This document shows positions 43,061 through 51,781 of a stretch of 64,000 nucleotides of DNA, piece after piece. Where the stretch lies: IMG/VR virus record IMGVR_UViG_3300023504_000004, positions 16,857 through 80,856 of that record; one strand, 5' to 3'. Origin of the DNA: a virus. The translations under genes were made by a program, and so were the position numbers. Under the pieces are notes generated by a model, which searched no databases, had not been told where the DNA came from, and was given only the letters and a program-made list of their open reading frames with translations. Numbering within the stretch: the stretch's first letter is position 1; every line of letters starts with the position of its first letter.

Positions 43061-43525
43061 ATGAAATTCAAAGGCAATATCATTATTACAGACCCATGTT
43101 ATATTATTCGCAAAAATAGTGACGATTGGACTAAGTGTGGTTGTGGTGATTTTATGGAGAATCTGGGAATTAAGAATTATTTATGTAGAGATACAATTTA
43201 CGGTGATTGGTCTTGTACTACTTTTAATTTAGACACAAAAAAAGAAATTGGAGAATTCTGTGCCGATGCTGGTCTGGTCGCAGTGTTCTTACTTGATGAG
43301 GTATTAGCATACAATCCAGATTTTGATTGGTATGAATCCAAACCTTGGACGACGACGTTAATCAGAGATTTTGATGGTGACATTGAGATGAAGGTCATTC
43401 ATATAGAAGGTATTTATGATGAAGATACTGAATGGTATGAAAAAGGTGAAAAATGGACAGACGATTTCTTAAGTGTTGTCGGCACAGGTAATATCAATTT
43501 TGAAACACACCAGACGAGATTTTAA
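43061..43525 (+). CDS. Hypothetical protein
   Basis: ORF with SD 'aaaggagcaacaaaaaaaat'. Confidence 0.5.
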   Translation: MKFKGNIIITDPCYIIRKNSDDWTKCGCGDFMENLGIKNYLCRDTIYGDWSCTTFNLDTKKEIGEFCADAGLVAVFLLDEVLAYNPDFDWYESKPWTTTLIRDFDGDIEMKVIHIEGIYDEDTEWYEKGEKWTDDFLSVVGTGNINFETHQTRF

Positions 43526-43557
43526 AGACGTTAAAATGTGTTTTTCAGAGGATAATT

Positions 43558-43755
43558 ATGATTAGAGAAATATGTGATGTTTGTAAGAAAAATGATGCTG
43601 ATGAGAAATATTGTTTTCAAAAGTCAACAAGAATTAAATATCAAAATACTTCGCGAGGAATTGGACTTTTTCGTCTACCAGATTGGACGACTTATGAAAC
43701 GATCATGATTTGCCACGAGTGTGCCGAGAAGTTATTTGAAATTAAAAATGGCTGA
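43558..43755 (+). CDS. Zinc-ribbon protein
   Basis: CDVC...CHEC pairs. Preceded by 'ttttcagaggataatt'. Confidence 0.45.
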   Translation: MIREICDVCKKNDADEKYCFQKSTRIKYQNTSRGIGLFRLPDWTTYETIMICHECAEKLFEIKNG

Positions 43756-43772
43756 AATAAAGAGGGTAACTT

Positions 43773-43937
43773 ATGTATTGTTTAGATTATGAATTAACAG
43801 AGTGTGGAGTAAAATTATGTTGCTATGATTGTAACAATAAGCAATGTAATAAAAAATGCGAACTCGAAAAAGATATATGCGATTGCCTGTGGTTATTAGA
43901 ACCAAATCCAACTGATGAGCAATACACACAAGACTAA
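43773..43937 (+). CDS. Cys-rich micro-protein (54 aa, 10 Cys)
   Basis: Unlisted ORF with SD 'aaagagggtaactt'. Sequence MYCLDYELTECGVKLCCYDCNNKQCNKKCELEKDICDC... Confidence 0.35.
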   Translation: MYCLDYELTECGVKLCCYDCNNKQCNKKCELEKDICDCLWLLEPNPTDEQYTQD

Positions 43938-43966
43938 AACCTGCGTTTCAAAAGGAGAAAGAACAA

Positions 43967-44197
43967 ATGAAAATTAAGAGAAAAAATAGTGAAAAAGTGG
44001 AAGTTTCAACACTTGACATTGGTGATTGTTTTGAGTTTGCAAATGAATTATTTTTAGTAATAAAAAATAATTTCGATGAGATAGTCGTCGATAAGCCAAT
44101 GCATGTTTTGGTAGTAAATTTAGGAGAAAACGAGCTGGATGATTTTACCCCAAGTACACATGTAAAAAAAGTAAATGCTAAAATTGTTGCCGAGTAA
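43967..44197 (+). CDS. Hypothetical small protein, paralog 1 (C-terminal ...VNAKIVAE)
   Basis: ORF preceded by 'tttcaaaaggagaaagaac'. Shares its C-terminal motif and length with 44258-44479. Confidence 0.5.
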   Translation: MKIKRKNSEKVEVSTLDIGDCFEFANELFLVIKNNFDEIVVDKPMHVLVVNLGENELDDFTPSTHVKKVNAKIVAE

Positions 44198-44257
44198 GAG
44201 GTTCAGTATGTTTTTTACATGGTATAAGAATAGAATCGAAAAAAGGAGAAGAAATAA

Positions 44258-44479
44258 GTGAAGATCATAAACAATTATGGCGGGAAAAGAAAATTAATTA
44301 AGGATGTTTTAGTAGGACAGTGCTTCATGTATAGTGATCGGTTATGCATGAAAGTAAAGTCCAACACATCAGACGAATACTATAATAATAAAATCGTAGA
44401 TTTTGAAAACAATGAAATAAATGCAATTGCAGATTCGGCAGAAGTTTTGGTTATTAATGCAAAAATTGTTATTGAGTAA
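44258..44479 (+). CDS. Hypothetical small protein, paralog 2 (C-terminal ...INAKIVIE)
   Basis: ORF with SD 'aaaaggagaagaaataaGTG' (a GTG start is shown in the listed ORF). Confidence 0.45.
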   Translation: MKIINNYGGKRKLIKDVLVGQCFMYSDRLCMKVKSNTSDEYYNNKIVDFENNEINAIADSAEVLVINAKIVIE

Positions 44480-44516
44480 CCGATGAAATTTTGCTTTCGA
44501 AGGGAGAATAAGGTGC

Positions 44517-44771
44517 ATGGCTAAAAATCCGACTTCAGTTCTTATTGGAGAAAACTGGGAATATCCACTGGACATGGAAGACTGCATAGAATTGGTCAAA
44601 AAGTATTTCAATGACAATCTCGCTGGAGCTATTGAATATTTTTACGCATTGAAGATTAATGAGTTAAGTTCCGAAATTGACAGTTTACATGACGAGATCG
44701 AAGATCTCGAAGAAGAAGTAGATATGCTTAGAGATCTGGAAGTAGATCCAGTAGAAACCTGGGATTATTAA
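44517..44771 (+). CDS. Hypothetical acidic protein
   Basis: ORF preceded by 'ctttcgaagggagaataaggtgc'. Confidence 0.5.
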   Translation: MAKNPTSVLIGENWEYPLDMEDCIELVKKYFNDNLAGAIEYFYALKINELSSEIDSLHDEIEDLEEEVDMLRDLEVDPVETWDY

Positions 44772-44784
44772 GGAGAATAAACAT

Positions 44785-45150
44785 ATGATTCAGAAGTGTA
44801 GAAAATGCGGATCTTTATCATTATTTACTGAACAGAAGGGTTCGAATATTGGTCTGTACTGTAGGTCTTGTGGATCATGGCAGAAATGGCTAAATAAAAA
44901 CGAGGCGCGATTATTTTCGGAGAATAATAAAGTAGAAGGATCGTGTATTCAGGTCGACGATGTACTCAGAGATAGGTTGGAAGAGTTTGTAAAGGCACTC
45001 GATGAAATGATTAACAAAGAATTCTCAAAAGAACCTATTAGCGATATGGATGCTATGCGTAAATCGGCATATTGTCTCGCATTAGAACGCGATAAGAATT
45101 CTATTATTAATATTCTCGAAGGAAGAAAATACTGGGAGATGGGAGAATAA
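44785..45150 (+). CDS. Zinc-ribbon protein
   Basis: CRKCGS...CRSCGS. Preceded by 'aaggagaataaacatATG'. Confidence 0.5.
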   Translation: MIQKCRKCGSLSLFTEQKGSNIGLYCRSCGSWQKWLNKNEARLFSENNKVEGSCIQVDDVLRDRLEEFVKALDEMINKEFSKEPISDMDAMRKSAYCLALERDKNSIINILEGRKYWEMGE

Positions 45151-45154
45151 ATAT

Positions 45155-45541
45155 ATGGAAGATTTAGACCTTAAGCCTTTACATGGTCAAATCAAAAAAG
45201 TTGAAATGACATCTATATCTGGCTACATAAAAAATCAAAAAATATATTTAGAGTTATATATAAAAGCAGAAACGGAGACAAAAATTTATAAATTTAAAAT
45301 TGCTGGGTTTGATACCGGAATCAAGTTTGTAAATGCGTATTTTGATGAAACGCAATCAATAAAAGATTGTGGAGAGCACTTACCGCCTATTAAAACGATT
45401 GAAAAGAAATTAGAGTTAAACGGGAAACAGTATTCAATTGATGATATTACGTTTATGGGAGCCGAAAGCAAACCTAAAGAAGTGACCATGGCTGATATCG
45501 AAGAAAAATTTGGTTGCAAAGTTAAGATTATAGGAGAATAA
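45155..45541 (+). CDS. Hypothetical protein
   Basis: ORF preceded by 'gggagaataaatatATG'. Confidence 0.5.
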   Translation: MEDLDLKPLHGQIKKVEMTSISGYIKNQKIYLELYIKAETETKIYKFKIAGFDTGIKFVNAYFDETQSIKDCGEHLPPIKTIEKKLELNGKQYSIDDITFMGAESKPKEVTMADIEEKFGCKVKIIGE

Positions 45542-45545
45542 ACGT

Positions 45546-46367
45546 ATGACATTATTAGATGGAAAAGCGGCAGCTCAGGAAGTAAAAGACTATTTAAAGA
45601 AGATTGTTGACTTAGGAGTTCATCGGAAACTTGTGATCGTGCAGGTGGGTGATAATCCGGCATCGAATACATATATCAAAAATAAGGTTAAAGCCTGTGA
45701 ATATGTCGGCGTAGAATGCGAGGTAAAACACTTCGAAGAGAGCATTACAGAAGAAAAATTACTCGATGAAATCGATGTTTTAAACGATGACAATTCTGTT
45801 GATGGCATTATCGTTCAGTTGCCACTTCCAGAGCATATCGTTGAAGGACGAGTTACCAATGGGATTAAACCCATTAAAGACGTTGATGGATTCACAAATA
45901 TCAATGCAGGACGATTAATGCATGGTGGTTGTCTCTTTTTTCCAGCTACACCGCTTGGTATTGCAACGTTGCTTGAGAAATACAACATCGAGACAGACGG
46001 CAAGGAATGCGTAATTGTTGGGAGAAGTAATATTGTAGGAAAACCAATGGCTCTCCTGATGCTCGACAAGAATGCGACAGTTACGATTACCCATTCCTAT
46101 ACCAAGAACCTTAAGGAAGTATGCAAGAGGGCTGATATCCTAATCGTCGCAATCGGCAAACCTAAGATGATTAATAGAGAATATATTAAAGAGGGAGCTG
46201 TTGTAATCGATGTAGGAATCAACCAAGACGAGAACGGTAAGCTTTGCGGAGATGTGGATTTTGATGATGTAAAAGAAATCGTATCAGCGATCACACCGGT
46301 TCCTGGCGGTGTCGGTCCAATGACAGTGGCAATGTTACTGAACAATGTGGTAGGAGGAAGAAAATAA
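45546..46367 (+). CDS. folD: Bifunctional 5,10-methylene-tetrahydrofolate dehydrogenase / methenyl-THF cyclohydrolase
   Basis: Co-linear FolD signatures: 'LDGKAAA', 'LVIVQVGDNPASNTYIKNK', 'DGIIVQLPLP', 'DVDGF', 'PATPLG', 'GRSNIVGKPMALLM', 'ITPVPGGVGPMT'. 273 aa. Confidence 0.85.
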   Translation: MTLLDGKAAAQEVKDYLKKIVDLGVHRKLVIVQVGDNPASNTYIKNKVKACEYVGVECEVKHFEESITEEKLLDEIDVLNDDNSVDGIIVQLPLPEHIVEGRVTNGIKPIKDVDGFTNINAGRLMHGGCLFFPATPLGIATLLEKYNIETDGKECVIVGRSNIVGKPMALLMLDKNATVTITHSYTKNLKEVCKRADILIVAIGKPKMINREYIKEGAVVIDVGINQDENGKLCGDVDFDDVKEIVSAITPVPGGVGPMTVAMLLNNVVGGRK

Positions 46368-46428
46368 ACAATATGGTGTGGTGCTGGATTTCGATTCAGT
46401 GCTACACCAGAAAAGAGAATAAATATAT

Positions 46429-46500
46429 AGCGGATTAGTGTAATGGTTAGCACGGGAGACTTTGGATCTCCAGACGTGAGTTCGAATCTCACATCCGCCG
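46429..46500 (+). tRNA. tRNA, anticodon loop 'cTTTGga' giving UUG (Gln-like). A1·C72 mismatch.
   Basis: Hand-folded: acceptor agcggat/atccgcc, U8, D-arm gtgt-aatggtta-gcac, anticodon stem ggaga/tctcc, variable agac, T-arm gtgag-TTCGAAT-ctcac, discriminator g. Confidence 0.55.
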
Positions 46501-46564
46501 TTAATAAATACAATTTGGGAGGTAGATACTTATTTATAGCGATTGGAAAAACGAATATAAAGAT

Positions 46565-47431
46565 ATGGGAGATTATTATATTGGATATACTCCTAAAAAC
46601 AAAACTGAATACTATTTTGACAAAGAATGTTTTGATGTTGTGAAACAGTATAAATGGAGAGTCAACAGCGATTTATATCCAATAACATTTGTTGATGGAA
46701 AAGAAATTTCTATGGTTACATTACTTTTTGGAAATAGTCCTCATACCTATAAAAATGGTAAGAAGAATGATTTACGAAAAGAGAATATATGTAATATAAA
46801 AGGATTTAAAGATAAAGGACGTGTTTTCCTTAATGGATATGTGTCAATTTATATGCCAGAACATAAACGAGCATTTGATAATGGATGCGTATATGAACAT
46901 ATCCTTGTAGCAGAACGAACGTTGGGCAGAGAATTGAAGCCTGATGAATGTGTTCATCACAAAGACCAAAACAGAACAAATAACTCACCAGAAAATTTAA
47001 TGGTCTTCGCGACAAATAATGATCACGTAGCTTTTCACGGAGGAGCAAAAGCGATTCTTACTGACGAAGGAAATTATAAAACAGAAAGATTGGGAATTCC
47101 TGTATATATTTATAGAAATAGAACCGCCAAAGATATAAAAAACAACATTAAAGATACTGGCAGTGTTTATGTTCCAGGATACAATTTATGCCCTTGCTGT
47201 AACGAAAATATTAAATCAAGCGATGCAAAAATGTGCTTAGAGTGTTACAGAAAATTACGAGTAAAAAATATTCCCAAAAAGGAAGAATTAGAAGCGTTGA
47301 TCTATCAAGAATCTTTTGAAGAAATTGGGAGAATGTATAAAGTGTCTGGAAAGGCTGTAACAAAATGGTGTAAAAAATATGGTTTACCATCTCGACGTTC
47401 AGAAATAAATAAAATTTTAGCGACAAAATAA
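46565..47431 (+). CDS. HNH homing endonuclease
   Basis: 'CVHHKDQNRTNNSPENLMVFATNNDHVAFH' is an HNH core. C-terminal 'CPCC...CLECY' zinc finger and an HTH-like tail. Lies between two tRNA genes. Confidence 0.7.
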   Translation: MGDYYIGYTPKNKTEYYFDKECFDVVKQYKWRVNSDLYPITFVDGKEISMVTLLFGNSPHTYKNGKKNDLRKENICNIKGFKDKGRVFLNGYVSIYMPEHKRAFDNGCVYEHILVAERTLGRELKPDECVHHKDQNRTNNSPENLMVFATNNDHVAFHGGAKAILTDEGNYKTERLGIPVYIYRNRTAKDIKNNIKDTGSVYVPGYNLCPCCNENIKSSDAKMCLECYRKLRVKNIPKKEELEALIYQESFEEIGRMYKVSGKAVTKWCKKYGLPSRRSEINKILATK

Positions 47432-47442
47432 AGTCGCTATAT

Positions 47443-47531
47443 GCGAACTTAACTCAACTGGTAAGAGTCACGGCCTTATAAGCCGTATGCCCTGGCAAGG
47501 TTTAAACTCGGTTCGACTCCGAGAGTTCGCA
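47443..47531 (+). tRNA. Type II (long variable arm) tRNA, apparent anticodon UAU (loop cTTATaa), 89 nt
   Basis: Acceptor gcgaact/agttcgc, D-arm actc-aactggtaa-gagt, anticodon stem acggc/gccgt, ~20-nt variable arm with internal tgcc/ggca stem, T-arm ctcgg-TTCGACT-ccgag, discriminator a. Confidence 0.55.
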
Positions 47532-47574
47532 CTGCAGCAATGCAAATATAATATTTTAAAGGAGGATTTCTATT

Positions 47575-47703
47575 ATGGGAATCACATGTAAAATGACAGA
47601 ACTTAAAGGCGTTATGAGAAAAATGGCAAATCAGCAGGAAAAAGAAAAGGCTGAAAGAGTCAACGCAAAGAAGAAAAAAGAGGAGAAGAAGAGTGAAAAG
47701 TAA
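47575..47703 (+). CDS. Lys-rich micro-protein (42 aa)
   Basis: Unlisted ORF with SD 'aaaggaggatttctatt'. Confidence 0.3.
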   Translation: MGITCKMTELKGVMRKMANQQEKEKAERVNAKKKKEEKKSEK

Positions 47704-47896
47704 TATTACTCTTGGTATTTTCTGGATCGGATTAATTTTAGCTCTATATGTGGGTGGCTGGATGATAATCGCAAGATCCATTATTGGAACAATGGTGCTG
47801 TTTTCAGCAGGAAATGGTTCATTTTTGACGATAATCTTGACTATTCTTAAATGTTTTGGCGGGCTTATTGCCGGTTGCCTCATTACATTTGTTTGA
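47693..47896 (+). CDS. Small membrane protein (2 TM helices)
   Basis: Listed ORF with a GTG start. Hydrophobic throughout (ITLGIFWIGLILALYVGGWMIIARSIIGTMVLF...). Confidence 0.4.
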   Translation: MKSNITLGIFWIGLILALYVGGWMIIARSIIGTMVLFSAGNGSFLTIILTILKCFGGLIAGCLITFV

Positions 47897-47936
47897 TATA
47901 TCATCGCAGCTATTATCAGTTAGGAGAATAATACAT

Positions 47937-48197
47937 ATGAAGGTTACAGAGATTACGACAGACAAAGGTACGTACCGATTCAATCAACTTGTGTGTAGCA
48001 ATGGTGGCGTTTTCGATGCTGAAGGTAGTTACAATTACTGTATGGCGATTGGTCCGCACTCAGATGTATTCAGAAAGGTTCAAGCAAGTAAGCTCATCAA
48101 CATGGGTGTAAAAGTGTCAGACAAAGCCGTAAGTAACACCGAATGGTATAAGAATCGGCATAACTTTAGAGATGTAGAAACGGAGGATGAAAGATGA
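47937..48197 (+). CDS. Hypothetical protein
   Basis: Internal ATG of ORF 47856-48197, after 'ttaggagaataatacatATG'. Confidence 0.5.
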   Translation: MKVTEITTDKGTYRFNQLVCSNGGVFDAEGSYNYCMAIGPHSDVFRKVQASKLINMGVKVSDKAVSNTEWYKNRHNFRDVETEDER

Positions 48198-48532
48198 ATT
48201 TCAACATGAATGATGAAATAACAAAAGCACTTGTAAATGTAACCAAAGAGGATTCTATGATGGCAGTAGAAGTCGTAAGACAGGTAATTGATTTATACAA
48301 ACCAGCTGTGTATGGTATCCTGCATGAACTTCTGGGAGTCTATAAAGACTATGCGAACAATACAGAATTCCCAGAAACCAAAGCGAGAGTATCTAAGAAC
48401 GCCTATGATGCATATATGAATGTAGGTTTTACAGCAGATCAGGCAATGGCACTTCTTATTAATGATAACCTGCGACTGATGGAAGCAGCTAAAACATCTT
48501 CTAAAAGTAAAAAGAAAACAGAGAATAACTAA
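48194..48532 (+). CDS. Hypothetical protein
   Basis: ORF with a 4-nt overlap to the previous gene. Confidence 0.5.
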   Translation: MNFNMNDEITKALVNVTKEDSMMAVEVVRQVIDLYKPAVYGILHELLGVYKDYANNTEFPETKARVSKNAYDAYMNVGFTADQAMALLINDNLRLMEAAKTSSKSKKKTENN

Positions 48533-48779
48533 TTAGGCTTTCTATTTGTTCCTGATCCGGTTCGGATCAAAATTCAAAAAAATAAAACATAATATCAAAT
48601 TTCGGTAGGGTGAAAATAGCGCACCCTTGGGTTTTTGTACCCCAAAATCGCTATTTTAGATAGATTTTTACATATTAGCGGTTTGATGATCCGCTTGTAT
48701 CGGTGAGATGCGGGCGTTGAGATAGATTGTTTTTATTAACAATAATTCAAATAAATTAAATTTTTAGGAGGTCCATTTA

Positions 48780-49817
48780 ATGGCAGAAAACACAAAGAAA
48801 AAAGGTTTAGATCTTCCACAGACAAGAGGTACTTTCCAGGTTCGTGGCAAGGTTACTGGTACAGAAAGAGATAGTTTCTATACAGAAAAGATTACCAAAA
48901 CTGGCAAGCCATGGAGAAGTGTAAATTTTGGAGTTCAGTTTAAACCGGAGGCAACCCTTTCCGTAGGTCTTAATGGCATGGAAAAGGAGAATGTGTATTT
49001 TACAAAAAGAGGAGAAAATGGAGGGAAGTCTGAGACTAAAACAATTCCGTGGAAGGATCGTTTTAATTTTGCAGAGGATGGATTTTCTCTTATCGGTGTA
49101 AATGTTGGGGTTACAAAGACAAAGGATGCAAAGGGTAATGACGTAAACGATAAAAAGCATTTAACTGACTATGATGCTTGTCTTGAGGTCTCCAACAATC
49201 TTGTCGATGAAAAGACCGTGTTCATCAAAGGAAATATTGAATACAGCTCTTATCAGGACGGTGAAACATCCAAGCACTCCACTAAGTTTGTTCCTAACCA
49301 GATTTCTCTTGGAAAGGATATTGATTTTACAGCAGAAGATTTCAAGCCGAACGCAAAGTTTACCCAGACTATTGTATATACCGGAATTGAAAAAACAGAG
49401 GACGGAAGATTTGCTCTTTCTGCAAAAATTGTAAACTACAACTCTATTGAAGATGTTGAATTCATTGTTGTTGATGCGAGTCTTGCAAATACCTTTAGAA
49501 AGCAGTTAAAACCGTATACTTCTATCAACGTATGGGGAGATATTTCCGTAGAGAAAGATGTCACAGAAGTAGAATCCACAGACGTATGGGGTCAGAAAAA
49601 CGATATGAAGCGTGTAAATAATCCAACAAAGCGTGAGCTGATTATTACTGGCGCTGATCCTGAAACCATTGATACAAATACATATTCTGAGGCGGAAATT
49701 GATAAAGCAATCGAAATGATTAAAGCGTCTAAAGCAGCAGAGAATGACTTCGGAAAACAGACTGATGGTTGGGGGTCCGGAAAATTAGAAGATGAAGATG
49801 AGGAGGCAGGCTGGTAA
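48780..49817 (+). CDS. Putative ssDNA-binding / recombination-associated protein with acidic C-terminal tail (...EDEDEEAGW)
   Basis: First gene after a 250-nt structured intergenic region. The acidic C-terminal tail resembles SSB-type interaction tails. No other diagnostic motif. SD 'tttaggaggtccattta'. Confidence 0.3.
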   Translation: MAENTKKKGLDLPQTRGTFQVRGKVTGTERDSFYTEKITKTGKPWRSVNFGVQFKPEATLSVGLNGMEKENVYFTKRGENGGKSETKTIPWKDRFNFAEDGFSLIGVNVGVTKTKDAKGNDVNDKKHLTDYDACLEVSNNLVDEKTVFIKGNIEYSSYQDGETSKHSTKFVPNQISLGKDIDFTAEDFKPNAKFTQTIVYTGIEKTEDGRFALSAKIVNYNSIEDVEFIVVDASLANTFRKQLKPYTSINVWGDISVEKDVTEVESTDVWGQKNDMKRVNNPTKRELIITGADPETIDTNTYSEAEIDKAIEMIKASKAAENDFGKQTDGWGSGKLEDEDEEAGW

Positions 49818-49878
49818 ATCCAGTTCTGCTTCAACAAACAGTAATTTAGAAAATCATATAATACGGAGGAAATAATAA

Positions 49879-51048
49879 ATGGCTACAGGACGTGGTGGAA
49901 ATAAAATCAAGACAAGATTAGGCTTTTTACTTTACGGTGATTATGGTACATGGAAGTCCAGTTTTTGTCTTGAGTCTATGAAATTAGTAAACGAGGAAGG
50001 TCGTCCGTTTAGAGTTCTTTTTATTGATCCAGAGAACGGCGGCGTTGATACATATCTTGATAAATACGAAGAGGAAGGTTATGACCTCAGAAATATTTAT
50101 ATCGTATATACTCAGTCTCTTACAGAAGTGGAAGAATTCATTAAAAAAGCAAAAAACAATGAAGACTTCTATGAGTTTGATGAGGACGGCAATGAAACCG
50201 ATGAAGTATATCTTGATGCTGATGGTCAGCCGTTCAGACCAGATATGATTGTTGTTGATGGCGCAACACTTCTGTATACGGCAAAACAGCAAAGTATCAT
50301 TGAATTTTCAAAAAAGAGAGCGACAGTAAAAGCTAAGAGAAATGAACTTACTGGAATGGATAAAGAGGTTGCAATCGAAGGGGCCGGAATGGAATTAAAA
50401 GATTGGAACACTTTAAAGTTTGATGGTCAGAATCTTATCCTTGATCTTCTTGCTTGCGGTAAGCATTTTGCTGTAACAGCCAGAGAGAAAGCAGAGACGG
50501 ATTCTTCCAGAGATAAAGATGGTTCCATTAAGATGGTCAGAACTGGTAGATTTGTTCCTGATGGATTTAAAGATGTTGGGTACAATTGTAAAACTGTAAT
50601 CCGTATGTTCAAGGATACAGATGGAATTATTAAAGGTCTCATTGATAATAAGGACAGAACGCTTGTACATCAGCAGAATGAAATTATTGTCGAGCCATCT
50701 ATTCTGGATTGGCAGTCTGCTATTACAAAAAACAAAGGCAAGAAAGATTTTGTGGTTCAGAATAATATGGATGCAGCTATTTCCAAGGAGCTTAAGGAAG
50801 TAGAGAAGGATAATGCGAAATTCGACTCTGAGTATGAAGACAACAAGGCTATTGGTGCAGATTCTGTTTCTGGTCCGAAAACAGCAACAGACTATCAGGA
50901 AGCTATTAAGACAGCAATTACTAATCTTCCACAGGTAGAAAAGAGTAAGAAACAGACGGCAATTGTCGAAGCTGGTCTTCCGAAAGCATATCAGAAGATT
51001 ACAGATATCGATACATTAAAGAAGTATTACGAAATCGTAACTCGATAA
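49879..51048 (+). CDS. RecA-like / P-loop NTPase (Sak4-like or helicase-loader candidate) with deviant Walker A
   Basis: 'GFLLYGDYGTWKSSF' is Walker A-like. 'MIVVDGATLLY' is Walker B-like. Position next to DnaB. SD 'aatacggaggaaataataa'. Confidence 0.4.
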   Translation: MATGRGGNKIKTRLGFLLYGDYGTWKSSFCLESMKLVNEEGRPFRVLFIDPENGGVDTYLDKYEEEGYDLRNIYIVYTQSLTEVEEFIKKAKNNEDFYEFDEDGNETDEVYLDADGQPFRPDMIVVDGATLLYTAKQQSIIEFSKKRATVKAKRNELTGMDKEVAIEGAGMELKDWNTLKFDGQNLILDLLACGKHFAVTAREKAETDSSRDKDGSIKMVRTGRFVPDGFKDVGYNCKTVIRMFKDTDGIIKGLIDNKDRTLVHQQNEIIVEPSILDWQSAITKNKGKKDFVVQNNMDAAISKELKEVEKDNAKFDSEYEDNKAIGADSVSGPKTATDYQEAIKTAITNLPQVEKSKKQTAIVEAGLPKAYQKITDIDTLKKYYEIVTR

Positions 51049-51097
51049 CAAGATTTCACGCTATGCTGGGGATTTCCCAGCATAGCTTTATAAAAAT

Positions 51098-51766
51098 ATG
51101 GCAAAGAAAATAAGAAAATGCTTCTTTTGTAAAAAAGACATAGATACCTCAATAGCGTCAAATGATTATTTCTTTTTTGAAAAAGCAAAGACGAGAGTGT
51201 GCGCTCATAAAGATTGCTATATCGGTTATTACACATCAAATGAGAGAAGAAGCCCTATGACAATAGAGCAATGTCAGAAATTTATCTCAGAAGAAGAGAA
51301 GAAACCAGAACCAGTAGTAAAACCAAGAAAAAAAACCGCCACAAGCGAGCTATATGATTTTATTTCTGATATGTATGGTCTTACATATTTTCCAAAATAT
51401 TTCTTTTCGTTTATGGCATCCGTTTACAAAGGAACATATAAAAATCTGAATCGGCCAGTGCCACCGGAAGACCTTCTGGATATGTGGAAACAGAAAAAGA
51501 AATATCTTTTACGACAGGCTGAAAATAACAGAAAAAAAGGAAAAGATATAAACGGTATTAGCTTGGTATATTATGATCTTGCAATACTATTGGGGAAATA
51601 TGACGCTTATCTCAAATGGAAAGAACAACAAAAACTTGCTCAAGCAGATGCAGAAGAGCAGCAGGTAAAAAATATTGAGTTTGTTGGATATAGAGATGTG
51701 TTGCCGCAACGACAAAAGAAAGAGAATAACACAGTAGACATCAGTTCGATGCTGGATGAAATTTAA
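51098..51766 (+). CDS. Hypothetical protein with N-terminal zinc finger
   Basis: CFFC...CAHKDC. 222 aa. Confidence 0.5.
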   Translation: MAKKIRKCFFCKKDIDTSIASNDYFFFEKAKTRVCAHKDCYIGYYTSNERRSPMTIEQCQKFISEEEKKPEPVVKPRKKTATSELYDFISDMYGLTYFPKYFFSFMASVYKGTYKNLNRPVPPEDLLDMWKQKKKYLLRQAENNRKKGKDINGISLVYYDLAILLGKYDAYLKWKEQQKLAQADAEEQQVKNIEFVGYRDVLPQRQKKENNTVDISSMLDEI

Positions 51767-51781
51767 TAAGGCGGTGCGATT

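Noticed and set aside
46368-46428. Rho-independent terminator after folD
   Set aside because: Only a weak 5-bp stem (ggtgt/acacc) without a U-tract.
46097-47904. ORFs 46097-46513 (-) and 47476-47904 (-)
   Set aside because: They overlap the two tRNA genes and FolD/HNH on the opposite strand (translations contain 'RFELTSGD', 'LGVEPSLN' from tRNA T-arms). They are spurious.
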